This document shows, piece by piece, positions 49,534 through 57,927 of a stretch of 64,000 nt of DNA. Source of the stretch: Gemmiger formicilis (GTDB taxonomy: Bacteria > Bacillota_I > Bacilli_A > RFN20 > CAG-826); assembly GCA_963626345.1 (NCBI GenBank), contig CAVFXI010000034.1, forward strand, positions 5,081-69,080, read 5' to 3'. A program made the translations under genes and the position numbers. Positions within the stretch are counted from its first letter, which is position 1; the number at the start of each line of letters is the position of its first letter. A model generated the notes under the pieces. The model worked only from the letters and a program-made list of their open reading frames with translations, ran no database searches and was not told where the DNA came from.

Positions 49534-50022
49534 ATGAAAATTTATTTTAGCCAAGCTAAGGAACATGAAGTCCTTGAGTACAATTCACTTCTTGATGATT
49601 ATGTTGATGGCACCGATACAACTTTAAAAGGCGTTAATTCTAGCAATGGAGAAATAGAAGTAAATAAATTTGATCATTCATTAATTGTTAAAGTTAATGT
49701 TTTGTTTGATATTGATGTCGTTTCTAGTTACTCTGCTGAAGTTTTTAAAACTAAAATTAAAATCAAAGATGATTTATATTTTACCAATTCTAAATCTCTT
49801 GATTCAGATGAATTTATACTTATAAATGATGAAATTGATTTAGATTATTATATCTATTCACTTCTTATTACTTCTATCCCACTTAATATCCATAAACCAG
49901 GAGAAAATCTTCCAAAAGGCGATGGTTATCGTGTTTTATCAGAGGATGAATTCAAAAAAGAGAAAGAAGAAAGTAGTGGAAATGCTTTTGATGCTTTAAA
50001 AGATATAGACTTTGGAGATTAA
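49534..50022 (+). CDS. DUF177 (YceD/YlbN-like) protein, cysteine-free variant
   Basis: 162 aa and acidic. DEIDLDYYIYSLLITSIPLN and C-terminal NAFDALKDI resemble DUF177. No Cys residues at all. Confidence 0.5.
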   Translation: MKIYFSQAKEHEVLEYNSLLDDYVDGTDTTLKGVNSSNGEIEVNKFDHSLIVKVNVLFDIDVVSSYSAEVFKTKIKIKDDLYFTNSKSLDSDEFILINDEIDLDYYIYSLLITSIPLNIHKPGENLPKGDGYRVLSEDEFKKEKEESSGNAFDALKDIDFGD

Positions 50023-50091
50023 TTTATTTTAAATCAAAAAAAGTACCGATTTAATCGTTAAAAAATCATATAAGAATTTTTGCAAAAAGTA

Positions 50092-50120
50092 TTGCAAAGA
50101 TTCTTTTTTTTAATTAGAAT
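50092..50120 (+). promoter_or_regulatory. sigma-70-type promoter of the mraZ operon
   Basis: TTGCAA (50092-50097), 17-nt spacer, TAGAAT (50115-50120). Confidence 0.55.
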
Positions 50121-50127
50121 ATAAACA

Positions 50128-50156
50128 CAAGTGGAAGAAAGTGGGAGAAAGTGTAA
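50128..50156 (+). promoter_or_regulatory. three 10-nt-phased direct repeats (MraZ-box-like operator)
   Basis: cAAGTGGaag AAAGTGGgag AAAGTGTaaa, with GTGG/GTGG/GTGT cores at 50131, 50141 and 50151. Located between the -10 box and the mraZ ATG. Confidence 0.6.
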
Positions 50157-50158
50157 AT

Positions 50159-50590
50159 ATGTTTCTTGGAAGCTATGATTATTCTCTAGATGATAAAGGC
50201 CGTCTTGTAATTCCTAGTAAATTTAGAAATGAGATTGGTGAAAAACTCTATCTCATGAAGGGATATGACGGATGTATTTCAATCTACAAAGAATCTGATT
50301 TCAATAATGCACTTTTAAAACTACAAAATCTTCAATTTGAAAGGGAGAAAGCCAGACTCCATCTTAGAGTCCTTCTTGAAACAGTAGTGGAATTAACACT
50401 AGATAAATCAGGAAGAATTCAAATTCCAACCAAGACACTTCAAAAGTATTGTATTGGTAAAGCTGTTAAAATCATTGGTTTGCTTGATCATTTCGAAATT
50501 TGGGATAGTGAATCATGGGAAAAATACCGTGATGAACATGAAAAAGATTTCGAAAAGGATGCGGAAGACTTATTAAAAGATGAAAAGTAA
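50159..50590 (+). CDS. mraZ: transcriptional regulator MraZ
   Basis: Duplicated DxxGR motifs (DDKGRLVIP, DKSGRIQIP). The ATG at 50159 (MFLGSYDYSLDDKGR) is preferred; the track start at 50141 is a GTG inside the repeat array. Confidence 0.92.
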   Translation: MFLGSYDYSLDDKGRLVIPSKFRNEIGEKLYLMKGYDGCISIYKESDFNNALLKLQNLQFEREKARLHLRVLLETVVELTLDKSGRIQIPTKTLQKYCIGKAVKIIGLLDHFEIWDSESWEKYRDEHEKDFEKDAEDLLKDEK

Positions 50591-51524
50591 CGAGCATAAG
50601 CCTGTATTACTTAATGAAGTGATTGATGGTTTAAACATTAAAAAAGATGGCATTTATGTAGATTTAACCTTAGGAAGAGCTGGACATAGTTCAGAAATAT
50701 TAAAAAAACTCGGACCTAAAGGGATGTTGATTGGGCTTGATCAAGATGAGGAAGCAATAGAAGCAAGCCAAGAGAGATTATCTAAGATTTCTTCAAATTT
50801 CAAAATTGTAAAAACAAATTTTGAAAATATAAGAGAAGTATTAGATGAACTCAATATTAAAGAAATTGATGGTGCATTATTTGATTTAGGAGTAAGTTCA
50901 CCTCAATTTGATGAAGATTATCGAGGATTTTCATATCGATATGATGCTCCATTAGATATGAGAATGGATCTCAATCGTTCTTTGACAGCTAAAGAGATTG
51001 TAAATACCTATTCTTTAAACGAATTAAATCGTGTATTTAAAGAATATGGTGAGGATCGATATTCTTATCAGATAGCTAAAAATATTGTTCGTAAACGAGA
51101 AAGTAAGCCTATTGAGACAACTTTGGAGCTTGTGGACATTATTAAAGCATCTAAACCTAAAAAAGAATTAGAGATTATCGGACATCCTGCAAAGCAAATA
51201 TTCCAAGCATTAAGAATTGAAGTTAATGATGAACTTAATGTATTGAACAAAGCTTTAGAAGATGTGATTAAATCTTTGAAAATTGGCGGAAGAGTATGTG
51301 TCATATCTTTCCAATCATTAGAAGATAAGATAGTCAAAAATTTATATCGAAAATATTCTGTTATTGAAGGTAATAGAATTAACGATTATATAGATCCAAA
51401 AGATATTAAGACTCCTGATTATAAAGAAGTTAATAAGAAAGTAATTATAGCAGGGGAAGAAGAATTAGCTGATAACCATCGTGCAAAAAGCGCAAAATTA
51501 AGAATTTTAGAAAGACTAAAATAA
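50580..51524 (+). CDS. rsmH: 16S rRNA (cytosine1402-N4)-methyltransferase
   Basis: HKPVLLNEV N-terminus, SAM-binding DLTLGRAGHS, and DLGVSSPQFD. Confidence 0.95.
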   Translation: MKSNEHKPVLLNEVIDGLNIKKDGIYVDLTLGRAGHSSEILKKLGPKGMLIGLDQDEEAIEASQERLSKISSNFKIVKTNFENIREVLDELNIKEIDGALFDLGVSSPQFDEDYRGFSYRYDAPLDMRMDLNRSLTAKEIVNTYSLNELNRVFKEYGEDRYSYQIAKNIVRKRESKPIETTLELVDIIKASKPKKELEIIGHPAKQIFQALRIEVNDELNVLNKALEDVIKSLKIGGRVCVISFQSLEDKIVKNLYRKYSVIEGNRINDYIDPKDIKTPDYKEVNKKVIIAGEEELADNHRAKSAKLRILERLK

Positions 51525-51535
51525 GGAGAAATTTT

Positions 51536-51739
51536 ATGAAAGACAAATTAGTTAGATATCATCACAAAGCTGGTTATTATATTTTTAAAAAAGTATGCAT
51601 TGGTTGCTCAATTTTTGTTGTTTCATCAGTCTTAATTGCGTTGCCAATTAGTTTTGGTTTAAATATGGTTAAAGCCAATGAATCTGCAAAAATTGAAAAA
51701 GCAGATACTAATGTAAATGTAAACTATTTACATTTTTAA
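51536..51739 (+). CDS. small single-pass membrane protein at the ftsL position
   Basis: 67 aa with one TM segment (CIGCSIFVVSSVLIALPISFGL). SD AAGGAGAAA. It occupies the slot held by ftsL in walled Firmicutes; no sequence-level assignment. Confidence 0.5.
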   Translation: MKDKLVRYHHKAGYYIFKKVCIGCSIFVVSSVLIALPISFGLNMVKANESAKIEKADTNVNVNYLHF

Positions 51740-51785
51740 ATTTATTTATTGAATGTTTTTGAACATTAAATAATATCCTCCTTTT

Positions 51786-51809
51786 AAAAAGACGGGAAAC
51801 CGTCTTTTT
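51786..51809 (+). terminator. rho-independent terminator (bidirectional shape) between the small TM gene and ftsA
   Basis: AAAAAGACGG GAAA CCGTCTTTTT: GNRA-type tetraloop hairpin plus a T-run. Confidence 0.8.
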
Positions 51810-51922
51810 ATATTACTTTTTTATTACTGAATATCTACTAAATATCGCCTATTTTATGCATGTCAATTTGTAATATTTTTAATTGTAAATAAACCCGATT
51901 AATAATATAATTATTAATAGTT

Positions 51923-53158
51923 ATGGAAAAAGAAATTGCAGCATTAGAGATAAGAAGTAAAACGATTACTCTTGTATTAGGAAATGTTCAGGATAACAAG
52001 GTGAACATTACCGATTGTGTCGTAAGACCACTCTCTGTCGCCTTAAAAGATGGCGAAGTTTTAGATAGTAGTAGTTTAACAAATGATATTAAAAACATGA
52101 TGGTTATTGAAGATCATGAACATAATGTCAAAATCAATGTTAACGAAGTAGCCCTTGTTTTACCTCCATATGGCTTAGAGGTTTTTAATAGTCAAAAGCA
52201 GACAACAGTTGTTTCGCCAACATCAAAAATCGAGAAAATTGATATTTCTAACGATATTATGATGCTTAAAAAGGAAAAGATACCAAAGTCAAATTTATCG
52301 ATTATTGATATTATTCCAAATTATTTTTTGATTGATGGTGACAAGAAATTTACGGAGCCACCAATTGGAGAAACAAGTAGTCAAATTCTTATTGATGCTA
52401 ATATTTACGCATTAGAAACTAATTTAGTTCAAGACTTGATGGATGCTGTTGCTAGAGCTGGCGTTAAGATTCGTAGAAATGTTATTGCTCCTGTTGCTGC
52501 ATCTCAATTATTTGCAAATTATAAATATTCGATTGTTACATACGTTTTAGTTGATAGTGGAAGAAAAACTACAAGTTTATCATTCATTGGAAACAATGTT
52601 GTTTATTCTTCAAAATTCTTCTCTCTTGGCTATGATGTTTTAGTTGATAGAGTTGCTGAAAGTTTTAATTTACTTAAAGCTGATGCTGAAGAATTGGTTA
52701 GTTTATATGGATATGACGATAGAAAATCAACTTTGGATCCTTCCATTTGCACTTCAACAATTAATGGGAAAGAAGTTAAATTCTATCAAGATGATTTAAA
52801 TGCAATTGTTGTTAAATATTTCCAAGACTTTATTACACAATTCAACGATGTTTTAGCAGATATAACTTCGGAATATCGAGATATATTAACAAGTTTAAAT
52901 TTAGTTTTCATCGGTGAAAACTTTAAGATTAATGGATTTAAGAATTATTTAAATAAATTTATTACAAACTTTACTTGTAATTTCCCTGTTTTACCAAATG
53001 TTGGTATTCAAGATTCAAGTATAGTAAATTGTGCTGGTGCAATCTTGCTCTCCTCAGTTTATAAAGGAACTTTGGAAGATGATATTAAAGGTCGTATCAA
53101 TGAAATAACTCGTGAAAAAGAACATGATGTTTATAGTGAGACTAAGGATGAATTATAA
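51923..53158 (+). CDS. ftsA: cell division protein FtsA (divergent)
   Basis: 411 aa with an actin/ASKHA-like layout (IAALEIRSKTITLVLG, LVDSGRKTTSLSF), directly upstream of ftsZ. No SD. Confidence 0.78.
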   Translation: MEKEIAALEIRSKTITLVLGNVQDNKVNITDCVVRPLSVALKDGEVLDSSSLTNDIKNMMVIEDHEHNVKINVNEVALVLPPYGLEVFNSQKQTTVVSPTSKIEKIDISNDIMMLKKEKIPKSNLSIIDIIPNYFLIDGDKKFTEPPIGETSSQILIDANIYALETNLVQDLMDAVARAGVKIRRNVIAPVAASQLFANYKYSIVTYVLVDSGRKTTSLSFIGNNVVYSSKFFSLGYDVLVDRVAESFNLLKADAEELVSLYGYDDRKSTLDPSICTSTINGKEVKFYQDDLNAIVVKYFQDFITQFNDVLADITSEYRDILTSLNLVFIGENFKINGFKNYLNKFITNFTCNFPVLPNVGIQDSSIVNCAGAILLSSVYKGTLEDDIKGRINEITREKEHDVYSETKDEL

Positions 53159-53172
53159 GGAGGTTTTCTAAG

Positions 53173-54327
53173 ATGAATGAAGATTTAGACAATTTTGAAC
53201 CGGTTGCTAAAATAGCAGTAATTGGTGTTGGTGGCGCTGGTAATAACGCTGTCAATAGAATGATTGATGATAACATAGCTAATGTTTCATTTTATGTTGC
53301 AAATACCGATAAACAAGCATTATCACTTAGTAAAGCTCCAAATAGATTAATTCTTGGCGAAAACTTAACAAATGGTTTAGGTGCAGGTGGTGATCCTACA
53401 GTAGGTGCAAAAGCTGCCGAATCATCAATTGAAGAAATTAAACAAATTGTTGAAGGTTGCAACATGGTATTTATTGCTGCTGGTATGGGTGGTGGAACTG
53501 GAACAGGTGCTGCTCCTATTATTGCACGAGCTGCAAAAGATGCTGGTGCTTTAACAATTGGTATTGTTACTCGTCCATTCACATTTGAAGGAACTAAAAA
53601 GTTAGCTTTAAGTGTTGAAGGTCTTAATAATTTAAAAGCAAATTGTGATGCTTTAATTGTTGTAAGTAACGATAAACTTTTAATGGATGCCGGAAACTTA
53701 CCTGTTGGTCAAGCTTTTAGCGAATCTGATAAAGTTTTAGCTCAATCAGTTCAAACAGTTACAGACTTAATTTTAACACCAGCTATTATTAATCTCGATT
53801 TTGCTGATGTTAGAAGAACATTAGAAGATTCAGGTATTGCTTTAATTGGTTTTGGTACTGGTGAAGGCGAAAATAGAAGTGAAGATGCTGCTTTAAATGC
53901 TCTCAATTGTCCATTAATTGAACAACAAATTAGAGGAGCTAGAAAAGCTATTTGTCACATCACATGTGGTCCTCAAGTTTCTTTATTTGAATGTCAAGAA
54001 ACAGTTCAAAATATCATTGAACAAAGCGGTGGTAGAATCGATCTTAAATTTGGTATTGCAATAAATGATCAATTATCAGATCAAATTTACGTTTCTATTA
54101 TTGCTGGTGATTTTGATACTGATATTGATTTCTCAAATGTTCAAAAACTTGATCCATCAACGCTTTTAAAGAAAGAAAAGAGTGTTGACAATACTCCATT
54201 ATTTGATGAAGAAAGTCATGATGATGAGAATGTTGGAGTTAATCCATCACAAAGTTTTGAAGAAGTCAAAGATGAAATTCCTAGCGATGATCAAGATATT
54301 ATTCCAAATTTCTTAAGTGGAAAATAA
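53173..54327 (+). CDS. ftsZ: cell division GTPase FtsZ
   Basis: Tubulin signature GGGTGTGAAP, NTDKQAL, and an acidic C-terminal tail. SD AAGGAGG. Confidence 0.97.
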   Translation: MNEDLDNFEPVAKIAVIGVGGAGNNAVNRMIDDNIANVSFYVANTDKQALSLSKAPNRLILGENLTNGLGAGGDPTVGAKAAESSIEEIKQIVEGCNMVFIAAGMGGGTGTGAAPIIARAAKDAGALTIGIVTRPFTFEGTKKLALSVEGLNNLKANCDALIVVSNDKLLMDAGNLPVGQAFSESDKVLAQSVQTVTDLILTPAIINLDFADVRRTLEDSGIALIGFGTGEGENRSEDAALNALNCPLIEQQIRGARKAICHITCGPQVSLFECQETVQNIIEQSGGRIDLKFGIAINDQLSDQIYVSIIAGDFDTDIDFSNVQKLDPSTLLKKEKSVDNTPLFDEESHDDENVGVNPSQSFEEVKDEIPSDDQDIIPNFLSGK

Positions 54328-54362
54328 TTGATTTAAACAAGTGAATTAAATATTATATTTAA

Positions 54363-54556
54363 AAGTAAAAGACAAGTTTTGTTTATAACTATTTTAGAGA
54401 GCGATTGTTGTGGTGAAAGATCAAATATAAGTAAACAAAATATCACTTTGAAAAGTTGTTAAAAAATAAATAAGTGATAGAAGGAATACCTTCTATAACT
54501 AAGGTGGTACCGCGTATATTACGTCCTTAGATTAATTTCTAAGGACGTTATTTTAT
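54363..54556 (+). promoter_or_regulatory. T-box leader, isoleucine specifier (ATC), transcription-terminating type
   Basis: Promoter TTGATT-17-TATTAT (54329-54356). AGAGAGCG...GGTGAAAG, specifier ATC (54442-54444) followed by A, T-box AAGGTGGTACCGCG (54501-54514). Terminator is ACGTCCTTAG/CTAAGGACGT plus a T-run (54521-54555). Confidence 0.9.
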
Positions 54557-54574
54557 TAAAAGGAGAGATGAATC

Positions 54575-57334
54575 ATGGAACTTAAAGATAGTTTATTAAT
54601 GGGTAAAAGTGGTTTTGAAATGAGAGGCAATCTAAACCAAAAAGAACCAGTGTTAGTAAAGAAATGGAAAGAAGATGATATTTATAACAAAATGCAAGAG
54701 GACAGAGATTTAGGAGAATATATTCTTCATGATGGTCCTCCATATGCAAATGGCGCAATGCATTGTGGACATATGTTAAATAGACTTTTAAAAGATTTTG
54801 TTGTTAGATATAAAAATATGCAAGGCTATAAAACACCATTTGTTTTAGGATGGGATACTCATGGTCTTCCAATTGAAAACCAAGTTACTAAAAATGGTGT
54901 TAATAGAAAAACTACTCCTCTTCCAGAATTTAGAGAGAAATGTAAAGAATATGCTTTAAAACAAGTTGAAAATCAAAAAACTAGTATTCAAAGACTTGGT
55001 GTTTTAGGCGATTATGATCATCCATATTTAACTCTTCAAAAAGAATATGAAGCCGATGAAATCCATTGTTTTGCACTCATGGCACTTAAAGGTTTAATCT
55101 ATAAAGGATTAAAACCTGTCTATTGGTCACCTTCAAGTGAATCAGCCCTTGCTGAAGCAGAAATTGAATATCATGATGTTAAAGCTTATACCGTTTATGT
55201 AGCTTTTAGTGTTAAGGATTCAAAAGGTCTTGTTCCAGAAGATACTAAATTTATTATTTGGACAACAACTCCATGGACTCTTCCAGCAAATTTAGCAATT
55301 TGTGCGCATCCAGATTTTGAATATGGATTATATGAAACAAATTTAGGAAAATTTGTTTTCTTAACGACATTAAAGGATAAAATTGTTGAACATATTGGTT
55401 TTACAAAATGCGATTTAGTCAAGACTTTTAAAGGAAAGGAACTTGATGGAATTGTTTGTAAACATCCTTTCTATGATAGAGATAGTTTAGTTATTAATGG
55501 CGATTATGTTACTGATAGTGATGGTACTGGTTTAGTTCATATTGCTCCAGGACATGGTGAAGATGACTATAATGTTTGCTTAAAATATGGAATTAAACCA
55601 TATTGCCCAGTAGATGAGCATGGAAAAATGATGGAAGAATGCGGTCCTAGACTTGCAGGTCTTTTCTATGAAGATGCAAATGCCGTTGTTTTAGATATAT
55701 TAAAAGAAAATAATGTTTTACTTAAAGAGGAAGATATTGTTCATAGTTATCCTCATGATTGGCGTACCCATAAACCAGTTATTTTTAGAGCTACTCCACA
55801 ATGGTTCTGTTCAATTGATCCAATTAGACAAAAGTTATTAGATGAAATTGATAGAGTTCATTGGACACCTGATTGGGGTTGTCAAAGAATGAAGAATATG
55901 ATTAAAGATCGTAATGATTGGTGTATTTCAAGACAAAGAGCTTGGGGTGTACCTCTTCCTATTATATATTGCGAAGATGGAACTCCAATTATTGAAAAAG
56001 AAGTCTTTGATCATATTGAATCTATTATTAGAAAAGAAGGCAGTAATGCATGGTATCTCAAGAGTGAACTTGAATTATTGCCAGAAGGATATAAAAACGA
56101 ACACTCACCAAATGGTGTCTTTAAAAAAGAAAAAGATATTATGGATGTTTGGTTTGATAGTGGATCAAGTTTTGCTGGTGTCTTAAAAGAAAGAGGACAA
56201 AAATATCCAAGTGATCTTTATCTTGAAGGTAGCGATCAATATCGTGGATGGTTCAATTCATCGCTTATTATTTCTGTTGCTTGTTACGATAAAGCCCCAT
56301 ATGAAAATGTTGTCTCTCATGGCTATGTATTAGATGAACATTGGGAGAAAATGTCAAAATCAGCAGGTAATGGAATCGATCCAATTAAGATCGCAAATGT
56401 TTTTGGTGCAGATATTTTAAGACTTTGGGTAGCAACAACTGATTACCAACAAGATGTAAGAATTAGTGAAAATTTAGTAAAACAAAACGTTGAAGGTTAT
56501 AGAAAAATTAGAAATACATTTAAATTCATGCTTTCTAATTTAATTGATGGAGCTGATGAACATTTTAAAGAAAAAGATAAGATTTCTTATGAAAAATTAT
56601 CTCTAGTTGATAAATATATTGTCCAAAGATTACATGAAATGACTAATAATTTTATCGATAACTTCGATAAATTTAGTTTCAATGGTGCAATGAATGGATT
56701 ATTTAAATTTGTTAGCGATGATTTATCATCGTTCTATTTAGATATTACAAAAGATTCTTTATATTGTGATGGGAAAGATAGTTTAAGAAGAAAACAAATC
56801 CAAACTGTCTTTGCAGAATGTGTTAGTACTTTAATGAGATTATTAAATCCAATTCTTCCATTTACCATGGATGAAGTTAACCAAAACTTCTCATTAAAGA
56901 CAAAGGAAAATGTTCAATTATATAGATATCCTGAAAAATCAAATGATCTAGATGTTGAATTAATCCAATCATTCCAAAAGAATGTTATTGCCTTAAGAAA
57001 TGATGTTTTAAAAGCAATCGAAGAAAAAAGAAATGAAAACGTTATCCATTCATCTCAAGAAGCAATAGTTGAAATTGAGTTTACCAAGGATGAACTTAAG
57101 AAGTTCATGAATGAATTAGATATGAACACACTAAAGGAATCCTTCATTGTAAGCGATGTTAAATTTGTTGACAATTTAAGTGAAGGCTATAATGGTGAAG
57201 TAGCTAAAGTATTAGTTAAACATCATGATGGAATTAAATGTGATAGATGTTGGAATTACTTTGATGAAAGTGAAATTGAAGAAATTGAAGGAGCTCATGT
57301 ATGCAAGAGATGCCAACAAGTACTCAAGAAGTAA
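54575..57334 (+). CDS. ileS: isoleucine--tRNA ligase
   Basis: 919 aa with class I HIGH-type motif (PYANGAMHCGH), KMSKS, a CP1 editing insertion, and a C-terminal zinc-binding CxxC pair. Confidence 0.97.
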   Translation: MELKDSLLMGKSGFEMRGNLNQKEPVLVKKWKEDDIYNKMQEDRDLGEYILHDGPPYANGAMHCGHMLNRLLKDFVVRYKNMQGYKTPFVLGWDTHGLPIENQVTKNGVNRKTTPLPEFREKCKEYALKQVENQKTSIQRLGVLGDYDHPYLTLQKEYEADEIHCFALMALKGLIYKGLKPVYWSPSSESALAEAEIEYHDVKAYTVYVAFSVKDSKGLVPEDTKFIIWTTTPWTLPANLAICAHPDFEYGLYETNLGKFVFLTTLKDKIVEHIGFTKCDLVKTFKGKELDGIVCKHPFYDRDSLVINGDYVTDSDGTGLVHIAPGHGEDDYNVCLKYGIKPYCPVDEHGKMMEECGPRLAGLFYEDANAVVLDILKENNVLLKEEDIVHSYPHDWRTHKPVIFRATPQWFCSIDPIRQKLLDEIDRVHWTPDWGCQRMKNMIKDRNDWCISRQRAWGVPLPIIYCEDGTPIIEKEVFDHIESIIRKEGSNAWYLKSELELLPEGYKNEHSPNGVFKKEKDIMDVWFDSGSSFAGVLKERGQKYPSDLYLEGSDQYRGWFNSSLIISVACYDKAPYENVVSHGYVLDEHWEKMSKSAGNGIDPIKIANVFGADILRLWVATTDYQQDVRISENLVKQNVEGYRKIRNTFKFMLSNLIDGADEHFKEKDKISYEKLSLVDKYIVQRLHEMTNNFIDNFDKFSFNGAMNGLFKFVSDDLSSFYLDITKDSLYCDGKDSLRRKQIQTVFAECVSTLMRLLNPILPFTMDEVNQNFSLKTKENVQLYRYPEKSNDLDVELIQSFQKNVIALRNDVLKAIEEKRNENVIHSSQEAIVEIEFTKDELKKFMNELDMNTLKESFIVSDVKFVDNLSEGYNGEVAKVLVKHHDGIKCDRCWNYFDESEIEEIEGAHVCKRCQQVLKK

Positions 57335-57927
57335 AAGAAGAAAACAAATTTCAAACTTCAAAAGCTAAAGGATTCATGAAATGGTTCTTTGAATCTTTTA
57401 TTTGGCTTGCAGTTATTCTTTTTGCGCTTGATATAATTACAAAATTTGTTGCTTATTATAATTTGCCAGTTGGTAGTTCAGTTAAAGTTAGTGGCTTTGA
57501 ATGGTTATTTCAATTTACTTTGACCTTTAATACTGGGGCCGCGTGGGGTGCTGGCGGAGACAAATTGGTAACGAGAATTATTCTTTGCTTTATTAGTTAT
57601 GCAGCAGCTGCATTTATTATCTATTATTATGTTAAACATAGAAAAACATTAAATAAATTTGTTAAGGCAATTTTAATGATTGTATTAGCTGGAGATATGG
57701 GTAATTTAATTGATAGAACATTTTCTTTTATGCCTTTAAATACCATTTATTCAAAAGGCGTAGTTGACTTTATTGATATTACTCCATTAATCAAAGGATT
57801 TGGAATTTTTAATTTTGCTGATAGTTGTCTTTGTGTTGGTATAGCAATGCTTCTTGTGTACGAAATTGTTTTAATGTTTAAAGATAAAGACAAAAAAGAA
57901 GACGAGAAAAAGGAAGAAAATAAATAA
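57301..57927 (+). CDS. lspA: lipoprotein signal peptidase II
   Basis: LDIITK, NTGAAWG and FNFADSCLCVG motifs. The ATG at 57301 lies 7 nt after GAAGGAG and overlaps ileS by 34 nt. K/E-rich C-terminal tail. Confidence 0.88.
   Translation: MQEMPTSTQEVKEENKFQTSKAKGFMKWFFESFIWLAVILFALDIITKFVAYYNLPVGSSVKVSGFEWLFQFTLTFNTGAAWGAGGDKLVTRIILCFISYAAAAFIIYYYVKHRKTLNKFVKAILMIVLAGDMGNLIDRTFSFMPLNTIYSKGVVDFIDITPLIKGFGIFNFADSCLCVGIAMLLVYEIVLMFKDKDKKEDEKKEENK

Noticed and set aside
51746-51783. Minus-strand mini-ORF MFKNIQ* preceded by a strong SD (AAGGAGGA, 9-nt spacing)
   Set aside because: It has only 6 codons and nothing downstream on that strand except the antisense of the 67-aa gene. The SD-like string is the complement of a T/C-rich stretch next to a terminator, so it is probably fortuitous.
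53292-53582. 96-aa minus-strand ORF inside ftsZ
   Set aside because: It is antisense to the Gly-rich GTP-binding region of ftsZ. The Pro/Ala-rich product is a mirror artefact.
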